A DNA stretch of 64,000 bases. Source: Calcarisporiella thermophila CBS 279.70 (taxonomy: Eukaryota > Fungi > Calcarisporiellomycota). Positions 10,553-20,879 of this stretch are shown one piece after another. The notes under the pieces are model-generated. The model was not told the DNA's origin, ran no database searches, and saw nothing but the letters and a program-made list of their open reading frames with translations. The number at the start of each line of letters is the position of its first letter. Position 1 is the stretch's first letter. The translations under genes were made by a program, and so were the position numbers. The DNA is taken from the NCBI RefSeq assembly GCF_041956535.1, contig NW_027192191.1, positions 7,702 to 71,701 on the forward strand, written 5' to 3'.

Positions 10553-12898
10553 TCACTCTAGATTTGAAGTATTGGAAAATTGGAACGGATCGATCTTAAA
10601 CTCATTTATCCAGCACTCTTTGATATAGGCTGCATTAAAGTTATGTATCTCTCCAGAACCCAGTAAAACGCACTGTTTATCCTCTTGTTTCAACACTTTC
10701 TGGCTATCAGAAGTAATTTTGAATCGATACATGTCGCTGATATTGAGTTGTTTGGTAGAATCCCGGACTTTCTCGATATTTGCGAAAATCTGGTTAGCAA
10801 CCTTATCCTGCCAAGCCAACTTTTTCAATAAATACAGCCAATTGATGCACTGAAATGGAGTGTAATATTCTTGGCGGCGAAGATCGTATTCATAGGACCG
10901 GATGGTGTGCACCATTAATTCATGATCGTGTTTCTGGCCCATCAACATATTGAACAAAGTCTGTGCTACTCCCTCAACGTCTCCGCGTGGCAACAAATAA
11001 CCAGTTTTTCCGTGATCAATTTGGAGTGGGATACCTCCACTAGAATAAGCGACGACTGGTTTACCCTTCGCAAGAGCCTCCGTTACCTTCACCTCAAAGC
11101 CTTCTCGATGTGACAACTGGAGAGCACAAAATGAGCCACGCATTAATGCGTTTAAAAGTTGGTCGCAAGGCGCAATGCGCGCGACACAAATGTCGTTTGA
11201 AATCGCCTCGTATTTATTCTCTCCAAGTTGCTCAATGAGTTGCTCGTAAATCAATCCACCATCGGGGTCGTCAATACTACCGTGGCCACAAAGAACCAAT
11301 TGTGGTATCTTTTCACGATTGGTCTTTTTCTCCTCTTCCTTAGTCTCGTCACGCGTATCCCCGTAGCCCACTTCCTTAAGCTTTTCTCTCAGAATTCGAT
11401 ATGCCTCGATACAATCTCGATAGCCTTTGGATGGATCAAAACGAGCTATTTGGATAATATAAGGGCGGCCATCTTGTAAAATCGGACTGTTTTGATCCAA
11501 GCAAGCACGATTGAACACTTGTCGGTAATAATGTATGTCCCAAGCTAGCAAGGGCTTGTTGAGACCGTCCAATGGATCTGTCGAGGCGGGCATCAAGATT
11601 GTCTTACTTCGATCAACGTAAGGAGGGATGAAGCCGGAGATCGGATGCGACACAAATATGTCAGCATGCTGGATAAATTGCCACAAGAAGCACCACACGT
11701 TGTGCTGAATTGACGATTTGTCAGTAGCTAGATCAGACCGTATTTCAATGTGAGAACGGTAGACTATTCGTGCCTTTGGATTGGTTTGTTTGATCAAAGG
11801 AATAATAGCACACAGCTGCGGATCATCGAGGACGATCATATGGGCGCGACGAAGCGGGCTGCCCTCACTCTCCCAATATCGTCTATAATTGCAGTGACAC
11901 CAATCGATCCACATTTTCTTTTCCTCCTCGGTGAGCCATGTTTCCTCCGTCACCTTGGCGACACCTTGGAGCACATTGTGAAATTTACGCTTAGTTATAT
12001 TGAAGATGGCGGGGTTGGGCTTTGGCACAAACCAATGGGATTCGACGCCTAGCATACGTAACATACGAATGATGGAATGCCTCATTAAAGCGACCCCCCC
12101 ACCCTGTGGCGTGGAGTTCAGGAAGCATATCGAGAGATTTTGCTTGCCGCACTCGTAGGATAGTGAGAGAAGCGTTCGCCAATACTCTGGGTTTGTAATC
12201 CGCTCGTATTGACACAGCTCAACCATGTGTATATGACAATTTTGGTCAACTTGAACCTCATTATGCTCAGGATTGATAATTAATCGTGGAATATTTCCAG
12301 GCTGAACCGGATGAATCCAATCCAAGAGCTTACGGGAAGCTGAGCATGCCATTTCTTCCAAATCGCCGTGTTTTGTGAATGTAATAAATGGAACGGCATC
12401 AAGATCTATCCAAATTCTGGATGAGAGAAGCTCCAGGGGATCGAAATGGTGGCGGCTCACGAACTTGTCATGGAGTTCTTTACAAGCTGAGACACAAATT
12501 GCCAACACTTTAAGTCTTCGCTCATGAGCATAATTCTTTAGCGCAGAGGACACTCGCTGGAGACTGAATTCCACCTGCTCCTCAATGTCATTAATGTGAT
12601 TCAGCGACAATGTTTCCGTGTTACATCCAATCATTTCCGTGTAGGTAGAAACGTAAGCTGACCAGGCCAATTTCAGCTCCTCTGGATTCACTTGAAAATG
12701 CAATCCGATGTAAACCCCCTGATGCACACGAATATCTTCGAACAGCCGGTTCATTAATGTCGACCACCCTGTCGAGCAGCGACGTATTTTAACCGGGTCA
12801 AGGAAGGAAGCGAAGCGCTGTAACTTGTGATTCCGGGATAAAACGTCGACAGTCTGTTTCGACATTTTAACCACTTCAACCTGAGGTGTCGAAGCCAT
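10553..12898 (-). CDS. Fungal trehalose phosphorylase/trehalose synthase (GT4 family, ccg-9-like), intronless
   Basis: Motifs NSTPQGGGVALMRH, ITKRKFHNVLQG, DDPQL, YRSHIEIRSDL, PASTDPLDGLNK, QIARFDPSKG, GHGSIDDPDG, LQLSHREGFEVKVTEAL and GGIPLQI. First ATG at 12898 (the ORF track starts at a TTG). Confidence 0.9.
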   Translation of the reverse strand: MASTPQVEVVKMSKQTVDVLSRNHKLQRFASFLDPVKIRRCSTGWSTLMNRLFEDIRVHQGVYIGLHFQVNPEELKLAWSAYVSTYTEMIGCNTETLSLNHINDIEEQVEFSLQRVSSALKNYAHERRLKVLAICVSACKELHDKFVSRHHFDPLELLSSRIWIDLDAVPFITFTKHGDLEEMACSASRKLLDWIHPVQPGNIPRLIINPEHNEVQVDQNCHIHMVELCQYERITNPEYWRTLLSLSYECGKQNLSICFLNSTPQGGGVALMRHSIIRMLRMLGVESHWFVPKPNPAIFNITKRKFHNVLQGVAKVTEETWLTEEEKKMWIDWCHCNYRRYWESEGSPLRRAHMIVLDDPQLCAIIPLIKQTNPKARIVYRSHIEIRSDLATDKSSIQHNVWCFLWQFIQHADIFVSHPISGFIPPYVDRSKTILMPASTDPLDGLNKPLLAWDIHYYRQVFNRACLDQNSPILQDGRPYIIQIARFDPSKGYRDCIEAYRILREKLKEVGYGDTRDETKEEEKKTNREKIPQLVLCGHGSIDDPDGGLIYEQLIEQLGENKYEAISNDICVARIAPCDQLLNALMRGSFCALQLSHREGFEVKVTEALAKGKPVVAYSSGGIPLQIDHGKTGYLLPRGDVEGVAQTLFNMLMGQKHDHELMVHTIRSYEYDLRRQEYYTPFQCINWLYLLKKLAWQDKVANQIFANIEKVRDSTKQLNISDMYRFKITSDSQKVLKQEDKQCVLLGSGEIHNFNAAYIKECWINEFKIDPFQFSNTSNLE

Positions 12899-13894
12899 TA
12901 TTTGCAATAGAGTAGTTTTCGATGAATAAATATCTATAATAAATGAGATGCAAAAATCGGAGCTCACACCTTTATATAACAATCCAATATCGAAGATTAG
13001 TTGCTATTTCTTTTGCCATATATATCTAATATTGGCGTTAAATTTGCACAGTCGAGATTTTACAAGGGATCCCTAGGTGGAGTTATAATTTCGGTGGCGA
13101 CCCTTTCGTTAACTTTCCGATTCTGCATTGTCAGTTTTCCCTGTACTCATTATAATAAGCCATGTATGCTCTTTTCTGAAGTAATTTCTACGCCTGGAAT
13201 CCTCTAAACTTGTCGCTGACCTCATTGAAACACCTCGACACTGTTGATGTGCCCTATATTAACATCATAATTTGCTGAACACATCCCGGCTAAACCTTCT
13301 ACACTCCGAACTAGTTTATATTATCATTCAAATTATACATTGAAATTATACTTTGATTTGATGGCTCAATATAATACATATATAATGATCTGGTACCAAC
13401 TACACATCTAGTTTTCACAAGAGTGTGAATTTTCCCGACCAGACACTACACGATCAAGTGAATTCGGTGCTATTCAATTCTTCATACAGTAGAATAATGT
13501 GAAATGTTCCTAGGATAAATTTCTTACATCAGATTGTTGAACTTAATATCGCGATTTAATGATCTATTCATATGATGCGTCCATTACCGGCGTATATTTT
13601 AACGGTATGTCCATCATGTTGCATTTTCTCAAGAAGTGTGTCTGACCTCATATTAATACAATACCTGATCATTTTATCGGTAGGGATGTATATTAGAAAA
13701 CAAAGCTCAATCAACAGATATATAAGATTGTTTCGGCCATCATGCTATGTATATATTTATCCAAATCTAGTTCCTTCAGAGTATACAATAAGGCGACGCA
13801 TATTTAACAGAGTGCAATGTAATTGTAATCATAAACAATAAATTTATCTAATATGATACATTAATACAGAGGTATAAAGATCCTATAGTTACAA

Positions 13895-14491
13895 TTAAGC
13901 TATTTTTGATAAGTTGTATTCGGCAGGTTTTTGAAAAATGATATTATCTTCATTGGGTTTATCATGCAATTGAACTGGGTCTGTCACCTCGTGAGGAGGC
14001 GAGCTTGGATAAGAGTGAGGAGCACTACTTGGGTGAGATGAGGAGTGCGATGGAGTGAAGTTGAATCTAATCAAGCCTTTTCGAAACATTACGACCGCAC
14101 CAGCAATAAGGCAGATGAATGCTATGATTCCCACAGAAATTCCAACAGGGAGAGCAATAACATCACCCTCAGTCTGCCTATTAGAAACATTGTTATCATT
14201 GTTTGAAGAAAAGGTATTTTGTCCAGTCGCTCCTGCTTTACAATAATGATCCCCCTTTTCTGGAACAATACACTCGATGCTGCACGGGCCAAAATAAGAG
14301 GCGTTTGAACTTGACGCTGAACATTGGTATATCCCATCAATATGGCAATTATTGCCAGGTACCTTCTCATTCAATCTCCATCCACAGACTTTACCACTGG
14401 TATAGCATAGGCAAGCACCATACACGTACGAAATCAACAATAGCAGCACACTGACTCTTCCTATAATTTTTTCTCGACGACCCTTTCGCAT
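13895..14491 (-). CDS. 8-Cys ectodomain single-pass membrane protein, paralog 1
   Basis: Signal-like segment, CxC-x6-C-x12-C-x7-C-x12-C-x3-C-x9-C domain, Asn/Ser stalk, TM LPVGISVGIIAFICLIAGAVVMF followed by RKG, and a short tail. Confidence 0.8.
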   Translation of the reverse strand: MRKGRREKIIGRVSVLLLLISYVYGACLCYTSGKVCGWRLNEKVPGNNCHIDGIYQCSASSSNASYFGPCSIECIVPEKGDHYCKAGATGQNTFSSNNDNNVSNRQTEGDVIALPVGISVGIIAFICLIAGAVVMFRKGLIRFNFTPSHSSSHPSSAPHSYPSSPPHEVTDPVQLHDKPNEDNIIFQKPAEYNLSKIA

Positions 14492-15888
14492 CGCCCTTTT
14501 CTGAGAAGTGTACTGCAGTGATTCAAAATTCAGATATATGGATATTGCTCTCAGAGAACTGCTGGAATAAAGTTCCTTATTTAACTACTTGGCTACCAGT
14601 GCGGTTTCAGTCTGATTTCAGGTGCATACATCGGCAACTTAGTTGAATATTTCCAATACGACCTTGCTTTTAACTGGGATAAATACCGAAAATAAGAGCA
14701 CAAACAGCTGCCGAAAACTGAGTTAGGATCTCATTCACCCCAAGACTGGTGCTCCTATACTTGATAGTGTACGTTTTAATAGGCTGTTTTAATTGCAACT
14801 ATATGCAAAATTGGTCGTTAGCGAAAGGTGTGGACGAAAATTCGAAAATAATCTACCGGCAAAATATCCTTACACCCAATTTTTCAAAACAGCTCTCTGC
14901 AAACCAGTCCTCGACTTCCCACAAAGGACTAGGGGATAGCAGTTAAAATATAAATTAAAAAAAACGGATTTATCGCAATGTGCTTGCTAATTAGAATATA
15001 AAAGAAAAGCGAAGAGAATGAAGTCCAAAGAAATTCATTTCGAAAGGAGGGAAACTAGAAAACATGTGATATATTGAACAGTATATAATAGGGTGGTTTA
15101 AGATTTAGAGTTTTCAAGTACAGTGACCAATTAATACATCACTGCATTAACTGGGTCGTAGATATAAGCGGAGGCTTACTAAATTCATCACAGATATAGT
15201 TTAGCTTATTTTGAGCTACATAGAGAAACTCCCATAGGCGTGGGAGATTCAAACCCTGAGCTTGGAGAGTCTTTACACGAGAATGCGGGAACAATTATGC
15301 TATAAAATGAACTATTATACGCTTTATTCAAAAGTATTTATTATATCTCTTTCGGTCAACGATGTACAGGTCTGCTTCCACATCGTTTTCGTTTCCACAG
15401 TGGAAAAGCTCGCCCTGTTTTAAGTTGCTGGCTCAGAATAGAGAAGCGAATATAAGATCGGAGTTGAACGTCTTTTTTTTCCAACTGGAATGGCCAATTC
15501 AAACAGAGTTGAATAATTCAATCCGAATAACTGTCACAAATATTTCTGTCTGAAAAAGTTTAGTCTTTCCTCATCTGTATTTTTTTGCAAACTTATTACA
15601 GAAGCAATATAAATAGAGATTAGCCGCGTTCAATAAACACACAGGTCAATAGCACGATATATACTAATCAAAGAAGCAAGCAAACTAGATTTCTGGGGGG
15701 TTAAAGGTTGTAGGTTGAAACGAGGCATTTGCTGCTTAGAGATTTACTTTCTGCGCAACTGTTAAAGTATTACCCTCGATGTATAATCAATATAAATTAA
15801 TTGTAAAGGATAAGAGGTATTGGCCAGATGTATAAACTCATCAATTTGCAACTATATTGGCTGAAGCAAATACAACCCTGGCATGTTA

Positions 15889-16602
15889 TTAAATTACATT
15901 TCTTATTTCAACATCGTCTGGTTTAATATGCGCTTCGTGCTCATGGGGTTTACATTCTATTAGAGCTGGGTCTATTTCAGCGTAATGAGGGTGCGCCGTG
16001 AGCTTGAGCTTGCGTATAGAGCCGCGTTTGCGTAGTATTAAACCAATGAGGACAATAATACAAATGAAAGCTAGTGCTCCTATCGAGATGCCAACCGGGA
16101 GCATTACAGTAGATGTACCGTTGTTATTCTCTGAAGGGGTATAAGTGTTCGCGTTGTTATGCACTAAGAGTGAAGACATAGGACTAGCGGGCTGTGAATA
16201 CGTGGCTGAAGGGGAGATCTCGCTAGACGCAATTCCAGTTAAACTTGGATCTATTTTTCGGCAATAATGGCTACCATTGGGGGGTACAACACATCCATAT
16301 TGACAACGCCCCAAATATTGAGCTTCCTTCCTCCCCGGCCCACATTGATAGATACCATCCTCTCTGCATATATTTCCTGGTACTTTCTCGTTCAATCGGT
16401 GGCCACATACCATGCCTGTAGTATAGCACAAACAGTCGGCAGAAACCACGGATGTAAAGTAGATGAAAGAAACTATATTCAATACAATCCTGCAACCATC
16501 CAACCTATTCGGATACCACCTCGAACTCTCTCTCTTCTCTTCCAAGGAAGTTTCTGCCAAGCTCGTCTTCAAAGGAACTTTAACTCGAGTAGCGTAAACC
16601 AT
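15889..16602 (-). CDS. 8-Cys ectodomain single-pass membrane protein, paralog 2
   Basis: Same Cys spacing and RLNEKVPGN core, S/T/P stalk, TM LPVGISIGALAFICIIVLIGLIL followed by RKRG. First in-frame ATG at 16602. Confidence 0.8.
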   Translation of the reverse strand: MVYATRVKVPLKTSLAETSLEEKRESSRWYPNRLDGCRIVLNIVSFIYFTSVVSADCLCYTTGMVCGHRLNEKVPGNICREDGIYQCGPGRKEAQYLGRCQYGCVVPPNGSHYCRKIDPSLTGIASSEISPSATYSQPASPMSSLLVHNNANTYTPSENNNGTSTVMLPVGISIGALAFICIIVLIGLILRKRGSIRKLKLTAHPHYAEIDPALIECKPHEHEAHIKPDDVEIRNVI

Positions 16603-17847
16603 TTGTATATTTTCCAGATACCTCACTCGACCATCAAAGGAGTTTCAATTATTATCTCATAAGTCAACTTCAGACAAAAGAATCAGGATATATTGTTAAA
16701 CTGATTGTTAGCAGTTGGAGCTAACAAGTACTGCGAAATGAATAGGTAGAAGTAAACAGATGGAGAAGATTGAAGGAAGACCTCGTATTAGCATGGTTGT
16801 TTAATGATTCAGAATTGCACTTGAAAGGCAAATAATTCTTACTAAATTCTGCCGTCCAAATATGGCACCTTGAGCTGAGATGGCATGGTTATACTATATC
16901 TACAGAGCTTAGGATACACATTTAATGTGTGACAAAAGGCGCCTCTATTGGGTTTTCTCAACTTAAATTTGACTGAGTAGAGCGGTATTTAATGTGATTA
17001 GATTCTAATTGGCAGAAAGATGGAGGCTTCCCTTGTTATATACACTCTCACTGAAATAAGCACGGGATTAATCCGTATCGATTGATTATATTCCTGTATA
17101 AGCGCTAAATGCAAATACTAATATCGTTTTTATTTTCAAACGTCTTTACTATTAATAGAAATTATTACCAACATTGAGGTCTTAGTATGCTATCAAAATA
17201 TTAACGAAAATCACCCAATACTCACTGTAGAATCCAATTCGCACCTCTATTCTCTTAAAGAACGAAGTAGATGATATCCATGATGCGCATACTTCATCAA
17301 CACATAAGTGACAATAGTATAGTAGCGTTTTTTTATCTAAAGAATAACAAACCCCATAAGTACTGTAGAGCGAGCCAGATCCTGAGGAATAACATGAATT
17401 TTGGTTCAATAAAGCAAATTGAATCAAAGTTCATCAGATTTCGAGCCATTGTGACGTTTGCCTATTTGTCCTCAATTATTATAGCACAAAGGAACTTAAT
17501 AATATTCAACTGATCCAAGGGATCAAACAGGACTAGATGAATATTGATCAATATGCAGAATATGTAATTTTACTTTAATACCACAGAGAACAGTTTGCAA
17601 TTTCGGGACAACAACGGACATATTAGTTAATGTTGGATCATTTTCCATGCTTCACTATTTATTTCAAAATGAAATAATAAAAAATTTAGACAATATTATA
17701 AAAAAAACTAATTGATAGATCCTGGTAAATTATAACTAAGACTACAGATATAAAATGCAAATAAAAAGAAGATATACTCGTGATATTGTTGTGATTACCA
17801 GAGAGCCTAGCTTAAAGCTTTTTGAGTTATATTATTTGTCCTACACA

Positions 17848-18513
17848 TCAGACCTCGTTTGGTTTATATATGGGCTTCTCGGAGGTCTCAATATCGTCGG
17901 GTTTGACTTGAGGTGGAACTTTTTCCGTCTGATTTTGCTGCTGTGAAGATGATCTGTGCTTGCGTATAAACAAAACACCCATGATAAAAGCAAATAGCAG
18001 AAGGAATGCCCCCACAGATATTCCGACCGGTATGCCAATAGAAGTGCCCCCATCCTTGTTCTCAGAAAATGGTGTAAAGGAAGTAGACTGTACAGAGGAC
18101 GGTGGAGTACCCATTGCCTTCGAAGAACCCTGTGGCACGGAAGGCTCATTGCAAAAGTGATTTCCACTAGCCGGAACACTACATCCGTGAGAGCAAGGGC
18201 CAAAATACTCTGCACTTTTGCTCTGTTCTCCACATTGATATATTCCTTCTTGATGGCAATTATTGCCCGGTACTTTCTCGTTCAATCTCCACCCACATAC
18301 TCGACCGCTAGTATAGCATATACAATCGCCCGATACAATAGGAAATATGAGAAAGCCTAAGCCCACAGCCAATAGTTGAGTTTGCAATACAGTCGAATTT
18401 ACTCCTCTCTTTTTTCCGTTTCCACTACTAGACGGGCTTTGATCACCATTAAATTGTACAGCTTCTTGGCAAATTATTGGATAAGGAAGATGTGATGTGA
18501 ATAAAGACTCCAT
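17848..18513 (-). CDS. 8-Cys ectodomain single-pass membrane protein, paralog 3
   Basis: Same Cys spacing and RLNEKVPGN core, S/T/P stalk, TM IPVGISVGAFLLLFAFIMGVLFI followed by RKHR. First in-frame ATG at 18513. Confidence 0.8.
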   Translation of the reverse strand: MESLFTSHLPYPIICQEAVQFNGDQSPSSSGNGKKRGVNSTVLQTQLLAVGLGFLIFPIVSGDCICYTSGRVCGWRLNEKVPGNNCHQEGIYQCGEQSKSAEYFGPCSHGCSVPASGNHFCNEPSVPQGSSKAMGTPPSSVQSTSFTPFSENKDGGTSIGIPVGISVGAFLLLFAFIMGVLFIRKHRSSSQQQNQTEKVPPQVKPDDIETSEKPIYKPNEV

Positions 18514-19816
18514 CTTAGTTGTGTAAATGGCCTTCCCTGGTTTGTTTGGAAGAGCCAAATAATTGGGATCAATAATCTTGTATCTGAAAATAATTAAGAT
18601 GCAAATAGAAAATATGGATTAAAGCTCGCTCGAATCTTTGCACTCTTAAAAAATAAACACTCTACTTACCGTTTATATTTTGAGAATTTAAGTGAGAAAA
18701 TTATTCCGTTTAATCCTAATTAATGAAAATTGTATTTTTAATGCAATTAGCTCCCTCGAAGTGAATATTATAGGTAGGTGATAATCACCGCAAAACACGA
18801 TAATAACTCGGAATTATAAGACGAATATGATCAATGCGCGAAATTGACCAGTGTAGTTACAGAAGAATGAAAAGGCTATATTGTCTAGTGTTTAATGAAA
18901 AAAGAAAAAGGTAAATTGTTGAAATATTATAGGTAGGAATCTAGATTATTAGTTTTTTACATTTTGATATCCCCAAGGATAAATCTCATGGAATAATGGC
19001 AACTATCAGATTAGATTAAGCGGATGCCCACGAACAAGTTGCACTCTTGTTTTCTTCTAAAATGGCCGAGTGAAATTCAAAACCTGAAGGAAGGGAGGAA
19101 AAACCTTAAAGGAGTGTGAAGTTACTCGTATTGGACACGAAAGTATTAACGGAACCAAATGTGTAATGTAAATAAGGATATATAAGATTTCGATTCGGGG
19201 TTCCCCTGATCTATTCAAACTGCAGTTGTTTGTTCTCTCTTCTCTACCTCTCATCGACCGCAGCTTTTGAGTAGGTCATTGATGTTATTCATTATAAATA
19301 TTAGTTCAAAGGCCGTTGCTCACAGGCTTTGTGCCGAAAGAGTAATCAAGACCATTCCCATCCATCGAATGCCGCAGTCCACCACTTTCCGAAAGTGGAC
19401 TAATTTCATCCCCACTAAAGATTGGGTCATGAACTATACTTCGTGGATGCAAGCGTGAAGACTATTTGCCAATTTGAAAAATGAGGCACCGTACTGCCTC
19501 TTAGTTTTCTCAGCTATCCCGAAGGGTAGTCGAGAGCAAGAAGACTGTGTATTGCTTTAGATATAGGGCATTGATTTACATAAAACATCGATAACGACCA
19601 GAATATGTAAAGGTGTGAATCATTCTCACGTCTGCATTCAGTTTTTTAAAGGTTAGGTCAACTCTGCTAATACAACTTAAATTCTGGCTAAATCCAATTC
19701 AGAATCCCCTTGAGTGGCGGCTGAATTTTGGCCGATATTTCAGATGTTAGAGGCTAGGCAGTCACAGGCCTCAAAAGTTAGTTTCGTTATAAAGGATAGT
19801 AATCCCCGTCATCGAA

Positions 19817-20601
19817 ATGTCACAGTATACTAACGCAACCTCAATAACACCAGGTTTGCCAAATGTAACAACACCTCCTCGCGCATCACAAACGCATTAC
19901 TCATATTCCCCAAATTCTGACTCTCAATCGCCGCAAAAAACCCCATTTTCGAGGTCAATAACTAATTCTCCACCGGTCCACCGCGATTCCCCCTCCAATA
20001 TATCCCTAACATCATCGAATGATGATAGAAGTAATCCAATACAACATCTCAACGCCGGACGTAGAATTTCTCTTGCCAGCCTTCCATTTGGTTCTACTAC
20101 ATCCCTCCATTCTTCTTCATATGGTGCCTCCATTCTGAACGAATCTGCATTACGCTTGCGTGTTGAAAAAAGTAATAAAGGCTTAATGTATATTAACATT
20201 TTATTTCAATCTAATTCTTTTTTTTTTCTATAGCTGCCGCAGAACTACCCTCTTTACTAAAACAAGTGTTGAACGATGCAACAATAAATTTATATCGCGT
20301 GACAGAATTAGTTCATCATCGCGTTCCAGCACTAGTCGAAGAGAAAGTAAGAATATTCTTATTGTAGCTTAGTTCATTTTATGTACTTGCTTATCTTTTT
20401 TTTTGCTTTTTCTCTTCCTGCATCACTTGTCAATTGCAAATTTATTAGAATGACCTGAAAGCTCTGAACACCAAACTAGATTTTGCTACAGCAGATATCG
20501 CAGACGCGCAGCGTACTGTCGACATGTGGCAGCAGCTCGATGAGTTTGATCGAGTGAATGAGATGATATTAACCGTGAAGAAGCGATTGAAAGCAAAATG
20601 A
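19817..20601 (+). CDS. BORCS8: BORC subunit 8-like protein with a long Ser/Pro-rich N-terminal extension, 3 exons
   Basis: Exons 19817-20171, 20234-20346 and 20449-20601 give ...LRVEKTAAELPSLLKQVLNDATINLYRVTELVHHRVPALVEEKNDLKALNTKLDFATADIADAQRTVD. This resembles the BORCS8 core (ANEPSVALYRLQEHVRRSLPEL) as recalled. Confidence 0.65.
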
Positions 20602-20879
20602 ATAATTTAATCTTTTGGAATAAACTTAAGCCGGCCGCTTGTACGCACGGTCTGGCTTGGACGAACCAAAGTCTCGGAATCCAAAATAGAACACTGGAAG
20701 CATCAAAAATGAGCACAAAGCGTCCCTAGTTTATTTTATTTTTTTCTTGTTGGAAACCACATAGCTAGAAATGAATTAGCTTCTATAACTAATTATTATA
20801 TCTGCTTTGATTCCCTCCCCTCGCACTCTTTTTACTCGCTCTTGCTCCCCTTTGATTCTCCTCATTCATAAATTCACCT

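Noticed and set aside
272-12898. ATP-grasp-methyltransferase, peroxidase, TF relic and GT4 enzyme as one biosynthetic gene cluster
   Set aside because: The TF is broken, the peroxidase is secreted, and the GT4 enzyme is a standard trehalose phosphorylase. No coherent pathway or transporter supports a cluster.
15225-15275. B-box/T-loop-like GGTTTGAATC on the minus strand
   Set aside because: No cloverleaf or A-box could be built, so it is not called as a tRNA or SINE.
17182-17427. Cys-containing ORF with CYSSG between receptor paralogs 2 and 3, considered as a fourth copy
   Set aside because: It lacks the Cys spacing, the RLNEKVPGN core, the signal and the TM segment, and starts at a non-ATG codon.
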